Shown here piece by piece: positions 35,816 to 43,343 of a stretch of 43,343 bases of DNA (position 1 is the stretch's first letter; each line of letters opens with the position of its first letter). The translations under genes were made by a program, and so were the position numbers. Source of the stretch: a virus (lineage: Duplodnaviria > Caudoviricetes); IMG/VR virus record IMGVR_UViG_3300032219_002666, positions 1 to 43,343 of that record. The stretch is one strand, 5' to 3'. The notes beneath the pieces were generated by a model. The model was not told the origin of the DNA. It ran no database searches and was given only the letters and a program-made list of their open reading frames with translations.

Positions 35816-36793
35816 ATGGCAAACATTCTAGAACCTAGGTTGGTTTATAAACCCTTTGAATACCAAGAAGCAGCTGATTATTGGCTCAAACAACAACAAG
35901 CTCATTGGCTTCACACAGAAGTTCCCATGATGTCGGATTTAAATGACTGGAAACAAAATTTGACTGAAACGGAAAAAAACATTGTAGGTTCTATTTTAAA
36001 AGGTTTTGCCCAAACCGAAACAGTTGTAAATGACTATTGGTCAGGATTAGTTACAAAATGGTTTCGCAAACCTGAAATCATCATGATGGCTACTACTTTT
36101 GGTGCCTTTGAAACAATTCATGCTGAAGCTTATTCATTATTGAATGAAACTTTAGGATTGGAAAATTTTGCTGAATTTCTTGAAGATGAATCAACAATGG
36201 CAAAAATTGAAAATCTAATGACGGTTAGAGATGGAATGGAAATCGAAACCAATCTCCATGAAATAGCAAAATCATTAGCCATATTTTCAGCATTTACTGA
36301 AGGTGTAAATTTATTCTCTTCATTCGCTGTGTTGTTAAGTTTTAAAATGCGTAATAAACTTAAAGGTGTAGGTCAAATCGTTGAGTGGTCTATTAGAGAC
36401 GAATCAATGCACTCAGAAGCAGGTTGTTGGTTATTTAAAACCTTACTTAAAGAAAACCCTAAATTAAAAACCCCAGAATTAGAGGCAGCAATTAATGAAG
36501 CAGCTTTATTATCTTTAACTCTTGAGCTTGATTTTATTGATAAAGTTTATGAACTTGGGGATCTAGAAGGTTGTCCTAAATATGATTTAGTTAATTTTAT
36601 CAAAAATAGAGTAAACACAAAATTAGGAGATTTAGGTTATAAACCAATTATTTCAAATATTGATATGACAGCCGTAGAACGTATGAAATGGTTTGATCAT
36701 TTATCAGCAGGAAAACAACACACCGATTTCTTTGCAAATCGAGTAACAAATTATTCAAAAGGTCATTTAACTTGGGACGAATCAATTTTTTAA
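35816..36793 (+). CDS. nrdB: Class I ribonucleotide reductase beta subunit
   Basis: YKPFEY, ETIHAEAY, EGVNLFSSF, RDESMH, HTDFFANRVTNY. Confidence 0.95.
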   Translation: MANILEPRLVYKPFEYQEAADYWLKQQQAHWLHTEVPMMSDLNDWKQNLTETEKNIVGSILKGFAQTETVVNDYWSGLVTKWFRKPEIIMMATTFGAFETIHAEAYSLLNETLGLENFAEFLEDESTMAKIENLMTVRDGMEIETNLHEIAKSLAIFSAFTEGVNLFSSFAVLLSFKMRNKLKGVGQIVEWSIRDESMHSEAGCWLFKTLLKENPKLKTPELEAAINEAALLSLTLELDFIDKVYELGDLEGCPKYDLVNFIKNRVNTKLGDLGYKPIISNIDMTAVERMKWFDHLSAGKQHTDFFANRVTNYSKGHLTWDESIF

Positions 36794-36796
36794 AAA

Positions 36797-38506
36797 ATGG
36801 ATAGCAATTTAGTATTAGATTACACACAGTGGGAGCGTGGTAAAGATTATCCCGAGTATTTTGATGAAGTAGCATTATCGACTATTTCAAAAGGTTACTT
36901 ATTACCTGGGGAAACACCCCGAAAAGCATTTAAAAGGGTTTCTCATGCTGTAGCTATGAGATTAAATCGCCCTGACTTAGAAAATAAATTTTTTAAATAC
37001 ATTTGGAATGGTTGGATTGGATTGGCTAGCCCTGTTCTTAGTAATACCGGTACTGACAGGGGTTTACCTATTAGTTGTTTTGGAATCGATACGCCTGATT
37101 CGATTAGGGGTATTGGCCTCACTAATGCAGAACTTATGCGACTTACCTCTTATGGTGGAGGTGTTGGAATCTCTTTATCAAGAATTAGAGGCAGAGGAGC
37201 AAATATTACCGGAAACGGAAAGTCTGAAGGTGTAGTTCCTTGGGCTAAAATTTATGATTCAACTATTATTGCAACTAATCAAGGTTCAGTACGTAGAGGA
37301 GCAGCATCTGTAAACTTAGATATTAATCACCCGGATATTAAAGAATTTTTACAAATTCGAAGACCTAAAGGTGATCCTAATCGTCAATGTCTTAACTTAC
37401 ATCAATGTGTAGTTGTGGATGATGCGTTTATGAAACGTTTAAATGACCGTGACAGTGAAGCGATGTCTTTGTGGTTAGAAATTCTTAAATCGCGTGTAGA
37501 AACAGGAGAACCATATGTTATGTTTAAGGATAACGTCAATAAAGACAATCCTTTAGCATACAGAATGAATAATCTTGATGTTTCAATGACTAATATCTGT
37601 ACTGAAATCACATTACATACAGATGAAGAACATTCATTTATTTGTTGTTTAAGTTCACTTAATTTAGCTAAATACGATGAATGGAAAAATACAGATGTAG
37701 TTGAAACTGCAGTTTATTTTCTAGATGGAGTAATGGAAGAATTTATCCAAAAAACAAATGGTAAAGATTCTATGATCCGCTCCCACAGACATGCTAAAAA
37801 AGGTCGTGCATTAGGATTAGGTGTAATGGGTTGGCATACTTTTTTACAACAAAAGAATTTACCATTTAACTCTATTGCTTCAACTGCTTGGACTCATACT
37901 ATTTTTAGTCAAATTAAAATGCAAGCTGAATCTGCGTCTCGTAAATTAGCTATGGAATATGGAGAACCGCTTTGGTGTAAAAATACAGGTATGAGAAATA
38001 CCCACCTATTAGCTATTGCTCCAACAGTATCTAATTCCCGAATCAATGCTTGTTCAGCAGGTATTGAACCTCAACCAGCAAATGTTTATGTGTTTAATGG
38101 TGCTAAAGGAACATTTATTGTTAAAAATCCTGAATTAGAGGCTTTGTTGGAATCTAAGGATAAAAATAGTAGTAAAGTTTGGGATCAAATTTTAGCAGAT
38201 AACGGCTCAGTACAAAACTTATCTAATGACATTTTAACTGAAGAGGAAAAAGAAGTATTCTTAACATTTCCTGAAGTTAATCAATTAGCGCTAGTACAAC
38301 AAGCAGCTGTTCGTCAACGTTATATTGATCAAACCCAATCTTTAAATCTTTCATTTGACCCAACAGATTCACCAAGATGGATTAATCAAGTACACATGGA
38401 AGCCTGGAAGTTAGGAATTAAAACATTATATTATCTTCGCACAGATTCAGTAATTAAAGGTGATTTAGGTTCACGTACTGCTGATTGTCTTAGTTGTGAT
38501 GGATAG
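36797..38506 (+). CDS. nrdA: Class I ribonucleotide reductase alpha subunit (short, no ATP cone)
   Basis: PISCF, GGGVG, TNICTEI (NxCxE), CCLSSLNL, LGLGVMG, AIAPTVSNS, KTLYY, C-terminal CLSCDG. Confidence 0.95.
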   Translation: MDSNLVLDYTQWERGKDYPEYFDEVALSTISKGYLLPGETPRKAFKRVSHAVAMRLNRPDLENKFFKYIWNGWIGLASPVLSNTGTDRGLPISCFGIDTPDSIRGIGLTNAELMRLTSYGGGVGISLSRIRGRGANITGNGKSEGVVPWAKIYDSTIIATNQGSVRRGAASVNLDINHPDIKEFLQIRRPKGDPNRQCLNLHQCVVVDDAFMKRLNDRDSEAMSLWLEILKSRVETGEPYVMFKDNVNKDNPLAYRMNNLDVSMTNICTEITLHTDEEHSFICCLSSLNLAKYDEWKNTDVVETAVYFLDGVMEEFIQKTNGKDSMIRSHRHAKKGRALGLGVMGWHTFLQQKNLPFNSIASTAWTHTIFSQIKMQAESASRKLAMEYGEPLWCKNTGMRNTHLLAIAPTVSNSRINACSAGIEPQPANVYVFNGAKGTFIVKNPELEALLESKDKNSSKVWDQILADNGSVQNLSNDILTEEEKEVFLTFPEVNQLALVQQAAVRQRYIDQTQSLNLSFDPTDSPRWINQVHMEAWKLGIKTLYYLRTDSVIKGDLGSRTADCLSCDG

Positions 38507-38535
38507 GCATGTCTTAAAAACGTCATATTAAAAAC

Positions 38536-38566
38536 TTGGAGGGGCGAAAGCCCCTTCGTAGATTTA
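38536..38566 (+). promoter_or_regulatory. TTGG-N19-TAGATTTA putative early promoter with a GAAA-tetraloop hairpin in its spacer
   Basis: 19-nt spacer; ggaggggc-gaaa-gccccttc stem-loop at 38538-38557. Confidence 0.65.
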
Positions 38567-38610
38567 TAGGGTAAGATTGATAAGGAAATATTAATTAAAA
38601 AATAAAGGTT

Positions 38611-38826
38611 ATGTTAAAACATTATGATTATCAAGAAGCTCAAGAATTGTTTTACACCAAAGAAGTATTGACTGCTGAAGAAGCAGATCTTTGCTTTAAT
38701 TTGATTCCGGTAAGAGCAAAAGAATATTTATTCTATAATGAATATACTAACACTTATCTCAACCTTTACATTTATTCAGAAATTGAACAAGATAATCGTC
38801 AATTTGCAATTGAAACAGGTTGTTAA
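38611..38826 (+). CDS. Small hypothetical protein
   Basis: 71 aa, leader ttaaaaaataaaggttATG. Confidence 0.65.
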   Translation: MLKHYDYQEAQELFYTKEVLTAEEADLCFNLIPVRAKEYLFYNEYTNTYLNLYIYSEIEQDNRQFAIETGC

Positions 38827-38830
38827 AAAT

Positions 38831-38861
38831 TTGGATCCCCGAAATCCTGTTCGTACATTTA
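38831..38861 (+). promoter_or_regulatory. TTGG-N19-TACATTTA putative early promoter
   Basis: 19-nt spacer; downstream leader nearly identical to that at 38555-38613. Confidence 0.65.
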
Positions 38862-38887
38862 TAAGGTAAGATTAAAAAATAAAGGTT

Positions 38888-39076
38888 ATGGAATTAAGAG
38901 TAAGTTTAGTAATTCAAAGTCACTTAAGTGATGCTATGATTGAAATGGGTTTTGCACCTGAAACCGCTCAACAACGTTTACGTTTTGTAAAGTATTTGAT
39001 CAACATATACCCAGATACTAGTAAAGAAATTGATGTAGATGCAGTTTATGAACAATTTAAATTAAAGTATAAATAA
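38888..39076 (+). CDS. Small hypothetical protein
   Basis: 62 aa, same leader as 38611. Confidence 0.65.
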   Translation: MELRVSLVIQSHLSDAMIEMGFAPETAQQRLRFVKYLINIYPDTSKEIDVDAVYEQFKLKYK

Positions 39077-39082
39077 TCAAAA

Positions 39083-39706
39083 ATGTACGAATTTATTAAA
39101 GAAAATAGCATTCGTCATAGTAGAGAAACTGTTATGGAGCATATTAAAAAACTCCAACCGCTCAACTATAACAAGTTTTTTTGGTGGAGAACTCACACTG
39201 ATAAAGTTGTACCACTAGGTAAACGTGCTTTACTCAAAGATCGTATATTAAACGGTGATTTTAATCCATCTTCTTATTTTTGGCAAGCACAATTTGCACT
39301 TTATACTGCTAAAGATAAAATGGATTTAACTAAACATGATACTCGTTTCCAACTTGATATTGCAAGTGTTGATTTTGAGCGCCATAAAAAACTCATGAAT
39401 GATTTTGAAAGAGAGGAAACAGCCCGTATGGATGCCCTTTATGAAGCTTTTACAGACGCATTTCAAATTACAAAAGAAGATCTTGAAGAACGATTCCTTA
39501 AATGGAATGGAGACATCCTAAGTTTTTATTATTTTGCTAAAGAATTCCTTCGTGAAACACCAGCATCTATTAGAAAGGATATGAGAGGACGAGGTCGTCC
39601 TAAAAAAGTAAAAGTAGAGTCTATACCTACTGTATTAAAACCCAAACGCGGTAGAGGCCGCCCTAAAAAAGTAACCAGTTTAAATTTAGAGTTATATGAA
39701 AATTAA
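39083..39706 (+). CDS. Hypothetical protein with two C-terminal AT-hooks
   Basis: RGRGRPKK and KRGRGRPKK. Confidence 0.7.
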   Translation: MYEFIKENSIRHSRETVMEHIKKLQPLNYNKFFWWRTHTDKVVPLGKRALLKDRILNGDFNPSSYFWQAQFALYTAKDKMDLTKHDTRFQLDIASVDFERHKKLMNDFEREETARMDALYEAFTDAFQITKEDLEERFLKWNGDILSFYYFAKEFLRETPASIRKDMRGRGRPKKVKVESIPTVLKPKRGRGRPKKVTSLNLELYEN

Positions 39707-40016
39707 TCGTGAGAAAGTTATGAACTTATTAAAGCCGGCTATGAACGCCATTATCCTAGTTGCTGTAGGAACCGCTATGTTCCGTTTAGGAATAGCATAT
39801 CAAAATGGCAAAAATAAAGAAGAAGTAAAAGTAGAAAATCCATATGCACACGCATTTTCTCCTGAGGAAATTTCAATTGCAGTCAATGAATCAAACGAGT
39901 TGATTATGATTGAACGCGCAACAGGAAAATACATTGTGTATTCAGATCAAATTGGCCAAACTATCTTTGGGATGTATGCCAATCGTATTCACCAAGAAGT
40001 AGCTAATGATAAGTAA
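39696..40016 (+). CDS. Single-pass membrane protein
   Basis: AIILVAVGTAMFRLGIAY hydrophobic segment; overlaps the transglycosylase gene. Confidence 0.6.
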   Translation: MKINREKVMNLLKPAMNAIILVAVGTAMFRLGIAYQNGKNKEEVKVENPYAHAFSPEEISIAVNESNELIMIERATGKYIVYSDQIGQTIFGMYANRIHQEVANDK

Positions 40017-40530
40017 TATTAAAATCGGTATTGTAGCGGGGGCAGTTATTGCCACCGCTCTTACTGTTACTGAAGTGGAACAAAAACAACCTACACAGCA
40101 GGAAGTTCGTGTTCCTAATAGTATAGATCAAGGTTCACCACCAAGTTTACAAATGTATAAGTATATTAAAGCATACGCTGATACATTTGATATTCCTACA
40201 CGATATGCCTTTGGGATTGCATATGCCGAAACAAGATATAATGGGCCATTTCACTGGAAATATAATCCTGCTCAAACATCTTGTGCTGGAGCTGTAGGTC
40301 CAATGCAAGTTATGGTATCTACTGCGCGATGGATCAATAAAGATAATATATCTAAAGAACGTTTAAAAACGGATATCAAATATAATGTATACACCTCTAT
40401 GAAATTACTTCGAATTTTATATAACAAAAGAAAAAATTGGAAATTAGTTTTTGGAGAATATAATACTGGAAGACCTTGTGTAAATGGGTATGCAGAAAGA
40501 GTTTTTAATCATAAAATAGCTTGGAGATGA
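40006..40530 (+). CDS. SLT-family lytic transglycosylase with N-terminal anchor
   Basis: IAYAETRY catalytic Glu, GAVGPMQV, EYNTG; N-terminal IGIVAGAVIATALTV. Confidence 0.85.
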   Translation: MISNIKIGIVAGAVIATALTVTEVEQKQPTQQEVRVPNSIDQGSPPSLQMYKYIKAYADTFDIPTRYAFGIAYAETRYNGPFHWKYNPAQTSCAGAVGPMQVMVSTARWINKDNISKERLKTDIKYNVYTSMKLLRILYNKRKNWKLVFGEYNTGRPCVNGYAERVFNHKIAWR

Positions 40531-40775
40531 AACAAGTAGTTTGTATCAATGACAATAAATTACCTGAGGGTGCTCAAGTAATTAAAGGTAGAGAATATAC
40601 TGTAGTAGATGAATTTGTAAATAATTATGACCAGCGAGTTTACATTATTGAAGGAATTGCAAATGAAGGTACTACTAAAATGGGATTACGATGGATTGGG
40701 TATGATGCAACCCGTTTTGTAGAACCTGAAGCATTAATGGAAAAAATATACGAACACGCATACGCAGAAGCATGA
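40527..40775 (+). CDS. Small hypothetical protein
   Basis: MKQVVCIND...GREYTV; ATGA overlaps on both sides; start moved to 40527. Confidence 0.65.
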   Translation: MKQVVCINDNKLPEGAQVIKGREYTVVDEFVNNYDQRVYIIEGIANEGTTKMGLRWIGYDATRFVEPEALMEKIYEHAYAEA

Positions 40776-41569
40776 AAAAAGTAAAAATTAGTCACGAGGT
40801 ACCATTTTGCCTCTTAGAAAAAAGTAGAGAATTTAACGATTACGATTATCTTTTACCCCACTTGATGGATGAAAATGAAGAATATCGCAATTTTTTCTAC
40901 GAATCCAAGAAAATGGGTCGATATATTGTAATGGATAATTCCTTACATGAATTAGGTGAAGCATACAGTACAGATCGTTTAATGCATTGGATCGAGGAAA
41001 TTAAACCACAAGAGTTCATTGTACCAGATGTCTGGGAAAATTATGCTGAATCAGTTAGAAATGCAAAACAATGGGCTAAAGTACAACTACCTGAAGGAGT
41101 AACCAAAGTAGCAGTAGTACAAGCAAAGTCAATGTATGAAGCTGGATTGTGTGTTCAAGCATATCGTGATTTTGGATACAAGAAAATTGCATTTTCATAT
41201 GGGGCTGAATACTACCATAGTGAAATGTGTCCTCATCCAAATAAAGATTTAGGTAAAGCAATTGGGCGGTACATGGTTTTATCAACTTTTAAAAATAATA
41301 AAACACTTTTACCAAACGATCGAGTACATTTACTTGGAACTGCATCTCCAATTGAATTTGGGATGTATAAAAACATGTCCTGTATTGAATCAATTGATAC
41401 TTCAAATCCAATTATGGCGGCAATCGGTGAAGTACCTTATACAAAAATGGGATTATCCTCAAAACCAATTGCAAACATGAACAAATATCAAGATGTAAGT
41501 TTAGAATTTATTGATGAAGATCTTGTAGAATTTAATGTTGAAATGTTTCGCACAATAAATGGACTCTAA
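40772..41569 (+). CDS. TGT-fold protein, DpdA-like 7-deazaguanine transglycosylase candidate
   Basis: IVMDNS, IVPDV, VAVVQ, VHLLG, SIDTS occur in the order of TGT/DpdA barrel motifs; queC lies nearby. Confidence 0.65.
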   Translation: MKKVKISHEVPFCLLEKSREFNDYDYLLPHLMDENEEYRNFFYESKKMGRYIVMDNSLHELGEAYSTDRLMHWIEEIKPQEFIVPDVWENYAESVRNAKQWAKVQLPEGVTKVAVVQAKSMYEAGLCVQAYRDFGYKKIAFSYGAEYYHSEMCPHPNKDLGKAIGRYMVLSTFKNNKTLLPNDRVHLLGTASPIEFGMYKNMSCIESIDTSNPIMAAIGEVPYTKMGLSSKPIANMNKYQDVSLEFIDEDLVEFNVEMFRTINGL

Positions 41570-41591
41570 TTTGGAGTCCATATTTTCTTTT
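41559..41591 (+). terminator. Intrinsic terminator overlapping the stop of the TGT-like gene
   Basis: atggactc...gagtccat stem followed by attttctttt. Confidence 0.7.
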
Positions 41592-41601
41592 ATTATATTT
41601 A
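41571..41601 (+). promoter_or_regulatory. TTGG-N19-TATATTTA putative early promoter
   Basis: 19-nt spacer; overlaps the terminator. Confidence 0.6.
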
Positions 41602-41616
41602 TACAAATAATAAGTT

Positions 41617-42021
41617 ATGGACAATTTAGGAATGGGCGTTATGCTCGGTATTTTAGGAGGCAATGAAGAAACAGTAGATTCAATTAAGTCCTCATTAAAC
41701 AAAGTTATTGAAACAGTAGAACTAGATGGAGATAATCTAGTAATTTCCTTTACAGATAATACTAAATTATTTATCTGGGATGGAGGACAATCATGTTGTG
41801 AATCCCGTTACATGACAACCGATGATAATCTTTCAGATTTCAACGGTGCTACATTATTAGATATGGAACTCAAATCTGTTGACGATGTTGATGATGGATA
41901 TGATGTTCATGAAATTCAATTTTTAGATGTAAAAACTTCTGAAGGAGTATTTACAATGGTAAACCATAATGAGCATAACGGTTATTATGGAGGTTTTTGG
42001 ATACAAGCAAAATTAAATTAA
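41617..42021 (+). CDS. Acidic hypothetical protein with QSCCE and HNGYYGG motifs
   Basis: 134-aa ORF with aagttATG start. Confidence 0.7.
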   Translation: MDNLGMGVMLGILGGNEETVDSIKSSLNKVIETVELDGDNLVISFTDNTKLFIWDGGQSCCESRYMTTDDNLSDFNGATLLDMELKSVDDVDDGYDVHEIQFLDVKTSEGVFTMVNHNEHNGYYGGFWIQAKLN

Positions 42022-42024
42022 GTT

Positions 42025-42285
42025 ATGGAATATTTAAGTTTATATGATTACCTAGGACATGCCGCAGGTAAAGAACTAGGTAAAGAAGTAGTAACAGCTG
42101 CAATACAAGCTGGGATTAGATTAGAAAAAAGAGAAATTGACAATCCAAAATATACAGGAATAGTATATTTGTATCCTAAGAATTTTCTAGATTTCCATTT
42201 TAGAGAACCAGCATCATATCAGATTGAGGATGATCTTCCTGGAAACCTTAACCATACATTAGAAGATGATGACCTCCCTTTCTAA
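42025..42285 (+). CDS. Small protein ending in an SSB-like EDDDLPF tail
   Basis: 86 aa; YLSLYDYLGHAAG...YPKNFL core, C-terminus IEDDLPGNLNHTLEDDDLPF. Confidence 0.7.
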   Translation: MEYLSLYDYLGHAAGKELGKEVVTAAIQAGIRLEKREIDNPKYTGIVYLYPKNFLDFHFREPASYQIEDDLPGNLNHTLEDDDLPF

Positions 42286-42439
42286 AGAAGAATTTGAAAA
42301 ATACCGTGAGACTTGGAAGTCTGAATGGTATGATCATTGGAGACTCTTGGATATTGATTTTGAAACTTATATGTTAATGAAAGGATTAACAAAACAAGAA
42401 TTTAAAAATTTAAATAGTGAATTATGGCAAAACACGTAG
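42266..42439 (+). CDS. Small hypothetical protein (57 aa) below the ORF-track cutoff
   Basis: MMTSLSKEEFEKYRETWKSEWYDHWRLLDIDFETYMLMKGLTKQEFKNLNSELWQNT*; fills the gap and overlaps both neighbours. Confidence 0.6.
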   Translation: MMTSLSKEEFEKYRETWKSEWYDHWRLLDIDFETYMLMKGLTKQEFKNLNSELWQNT

Positions 42440-43296
42440 TAGTTAGTCTTAGCGGAGGGATGGACTCCTCCACATTGTTACTTCGTTGCTTGAAAGAGTA
42501 CGATTCTGTAACTGCACTTTCATTTGATTATGGACAAAAGCATCGAGTTGAGCTTGAACGTGCTCAATCATTAGTAGATTATTTAAATGAAAATCCAACA
42601 CGAATTTTTTCCTCCCATGAACTCCCAGATGAAATTATTTCCTATTCATTAGTAAACTATCGAGTAATTAAACTTGACGGTTTAGTTGATCTACTTAATT
42701 CAGCTTTAGTAACAGGTGGAGATGAAGTACCTGAAGGGCATTATGCTGAGGAAAACATGAAAGCAACAGTTGTTCCAAATAGAAACAAAATCTTTGCTTC
42801 AATTACTCAAGCAGTTGCCCTTTCAATTGCTGATAAAACAGGTGAACAATGTGATATTGCAATGGGAATACATGCAGGTGACCATGCAATTTATCCTGAT
42901 TGCCGTCAGGAATTTAGAGATGCGGACGACCATGCGTTTAGAGTAGGTAATTGGGGTTCTGAAAAAGTAGGTTACTTTACACCATATCTTGAAGGTGATA
43001 AATTTACTATATTACAAGATGGAGAAGTATTATGTGGTGAATTAGGTTTAAATTTTGATGAAGTATATAAACGTACGAATACATCTTACAAACCAATTAA
43101 ATGGTATAATCGCCCTGAAACCCATAATTACACTTGGTACTCTGATTACAAATCAGCATCTTCCGTTGAGCGAGTAGAAGCGTTTATTAAATTGGGACGA
43201 CCTGATCCTGCAGGATATGCTGATGAAACAGGTCCTGTAACATGGGAACATGTAGTAACAGAAGTAACAAAAGTATTAGCTAGCCATGAAGGATAG
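42424..43296 (+). CDS. queC: 7-cyano-7-deazaguanine (preQ0) synthase
   Basis: SLSGGMDSST PP-loop, FDYGQKH..EL, TVVPNRN, GIHAGDHAIYPDCR, SSVERVEAF. Confidence 0.93.
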   Translation: MAKHVVVSLSGGMDSSTLLLRCLKEYDSVTALSFDYGQKHRVELERAQSLVDYLNENPTRIFSSHELPDEIISYSLVNYRVIKLDGLVDLLNSALVTGGDEVPEGHYAEENMKATVVPNRNKIFASITQAVALSIADKTGEQCDIAMGIHAGDHAIYPDCRQEFRDADDHAFRVGNWGSEKVGYFTPYLEGDKFTILQDGEVLCGELGLNFDEVYKRTNTSYKPIKWYNRPETHNYTWYSDYKSASSVERVEAFIKLGRPDPAGYADETGPVTWEHVVTEVTKVLASHEG

Positions 43297-43343
43297 TTGT
43301 ATCATAGATTGGGAATTATATCAAAAAGTTATGGCAAAGAAAA

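Noticed and set aside
1359-41285. Minus-strand and alternate-frame ORFs in the track (e.g. 7645-8379, 6352-6783, 30379-30741)
   Set aside because: They overlap strong + strand genes and look like antisense shadows of repetitive or biased codons, with no recognisable motifs.
1-43343. Stop-codon reassignment as seen in some Bacteroidota phages
   Set aside because: Genes are intact in the standard code, and TAA, TGA and TAG all end recognisable proteins at expected positions.
43331-43343. Calling the truncated last gene queD
   Set aside because: Only four codons are visible; plausible from context but unsupported.

Overview
A 43 kb, AT-rich fragment of a large contractile-tailed (T4-like myovirus architecture) phage genome with all credible genes on the + strand. 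The host is probably Bacteroidota: there is a T9SS type-B CTD gene, no Shine-Dalgarno usage and TTG-N19-TAnnTTT-like promoters. Order: two giant 17-aa-repeat tail fibre/adhesin genes separated by a free-standing GIY-YIG homing endonuclease; a sulfotransferase / APS kinase / HxGH nucleotidyltransferase / DUF2061 / GT9-like cluster; neck, sheath and tube genes; an inserted T9SS-cargo adhesin; a tail chaperone with a start-less partner ORF reachable by a +1/-2 shift on a T8 run; tape measure and baseplate genes; a replication block (minimal divergent PolA, gp32-like SSB, UvsX, flap nuclease, helicase, NrdB/NrdA); and small accessory genes including an AT-hook protein, a lytic transglycosylase, a TGT/DpdA-like protein, a small protein ending in an SSB-like DDDLPF tail, and QueC. 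The best candidates for new biology are the apparently self-contained PAPS-synthesis/sulfation/glycosylation module beside the fibres, the frameshifted tail chaperone, the T9SS moron, the SSB-tail mimic, and the atypical PolA in a genome with 7-deazaguanine genes. All calls come from reading motifs by eye; no database searches were run.
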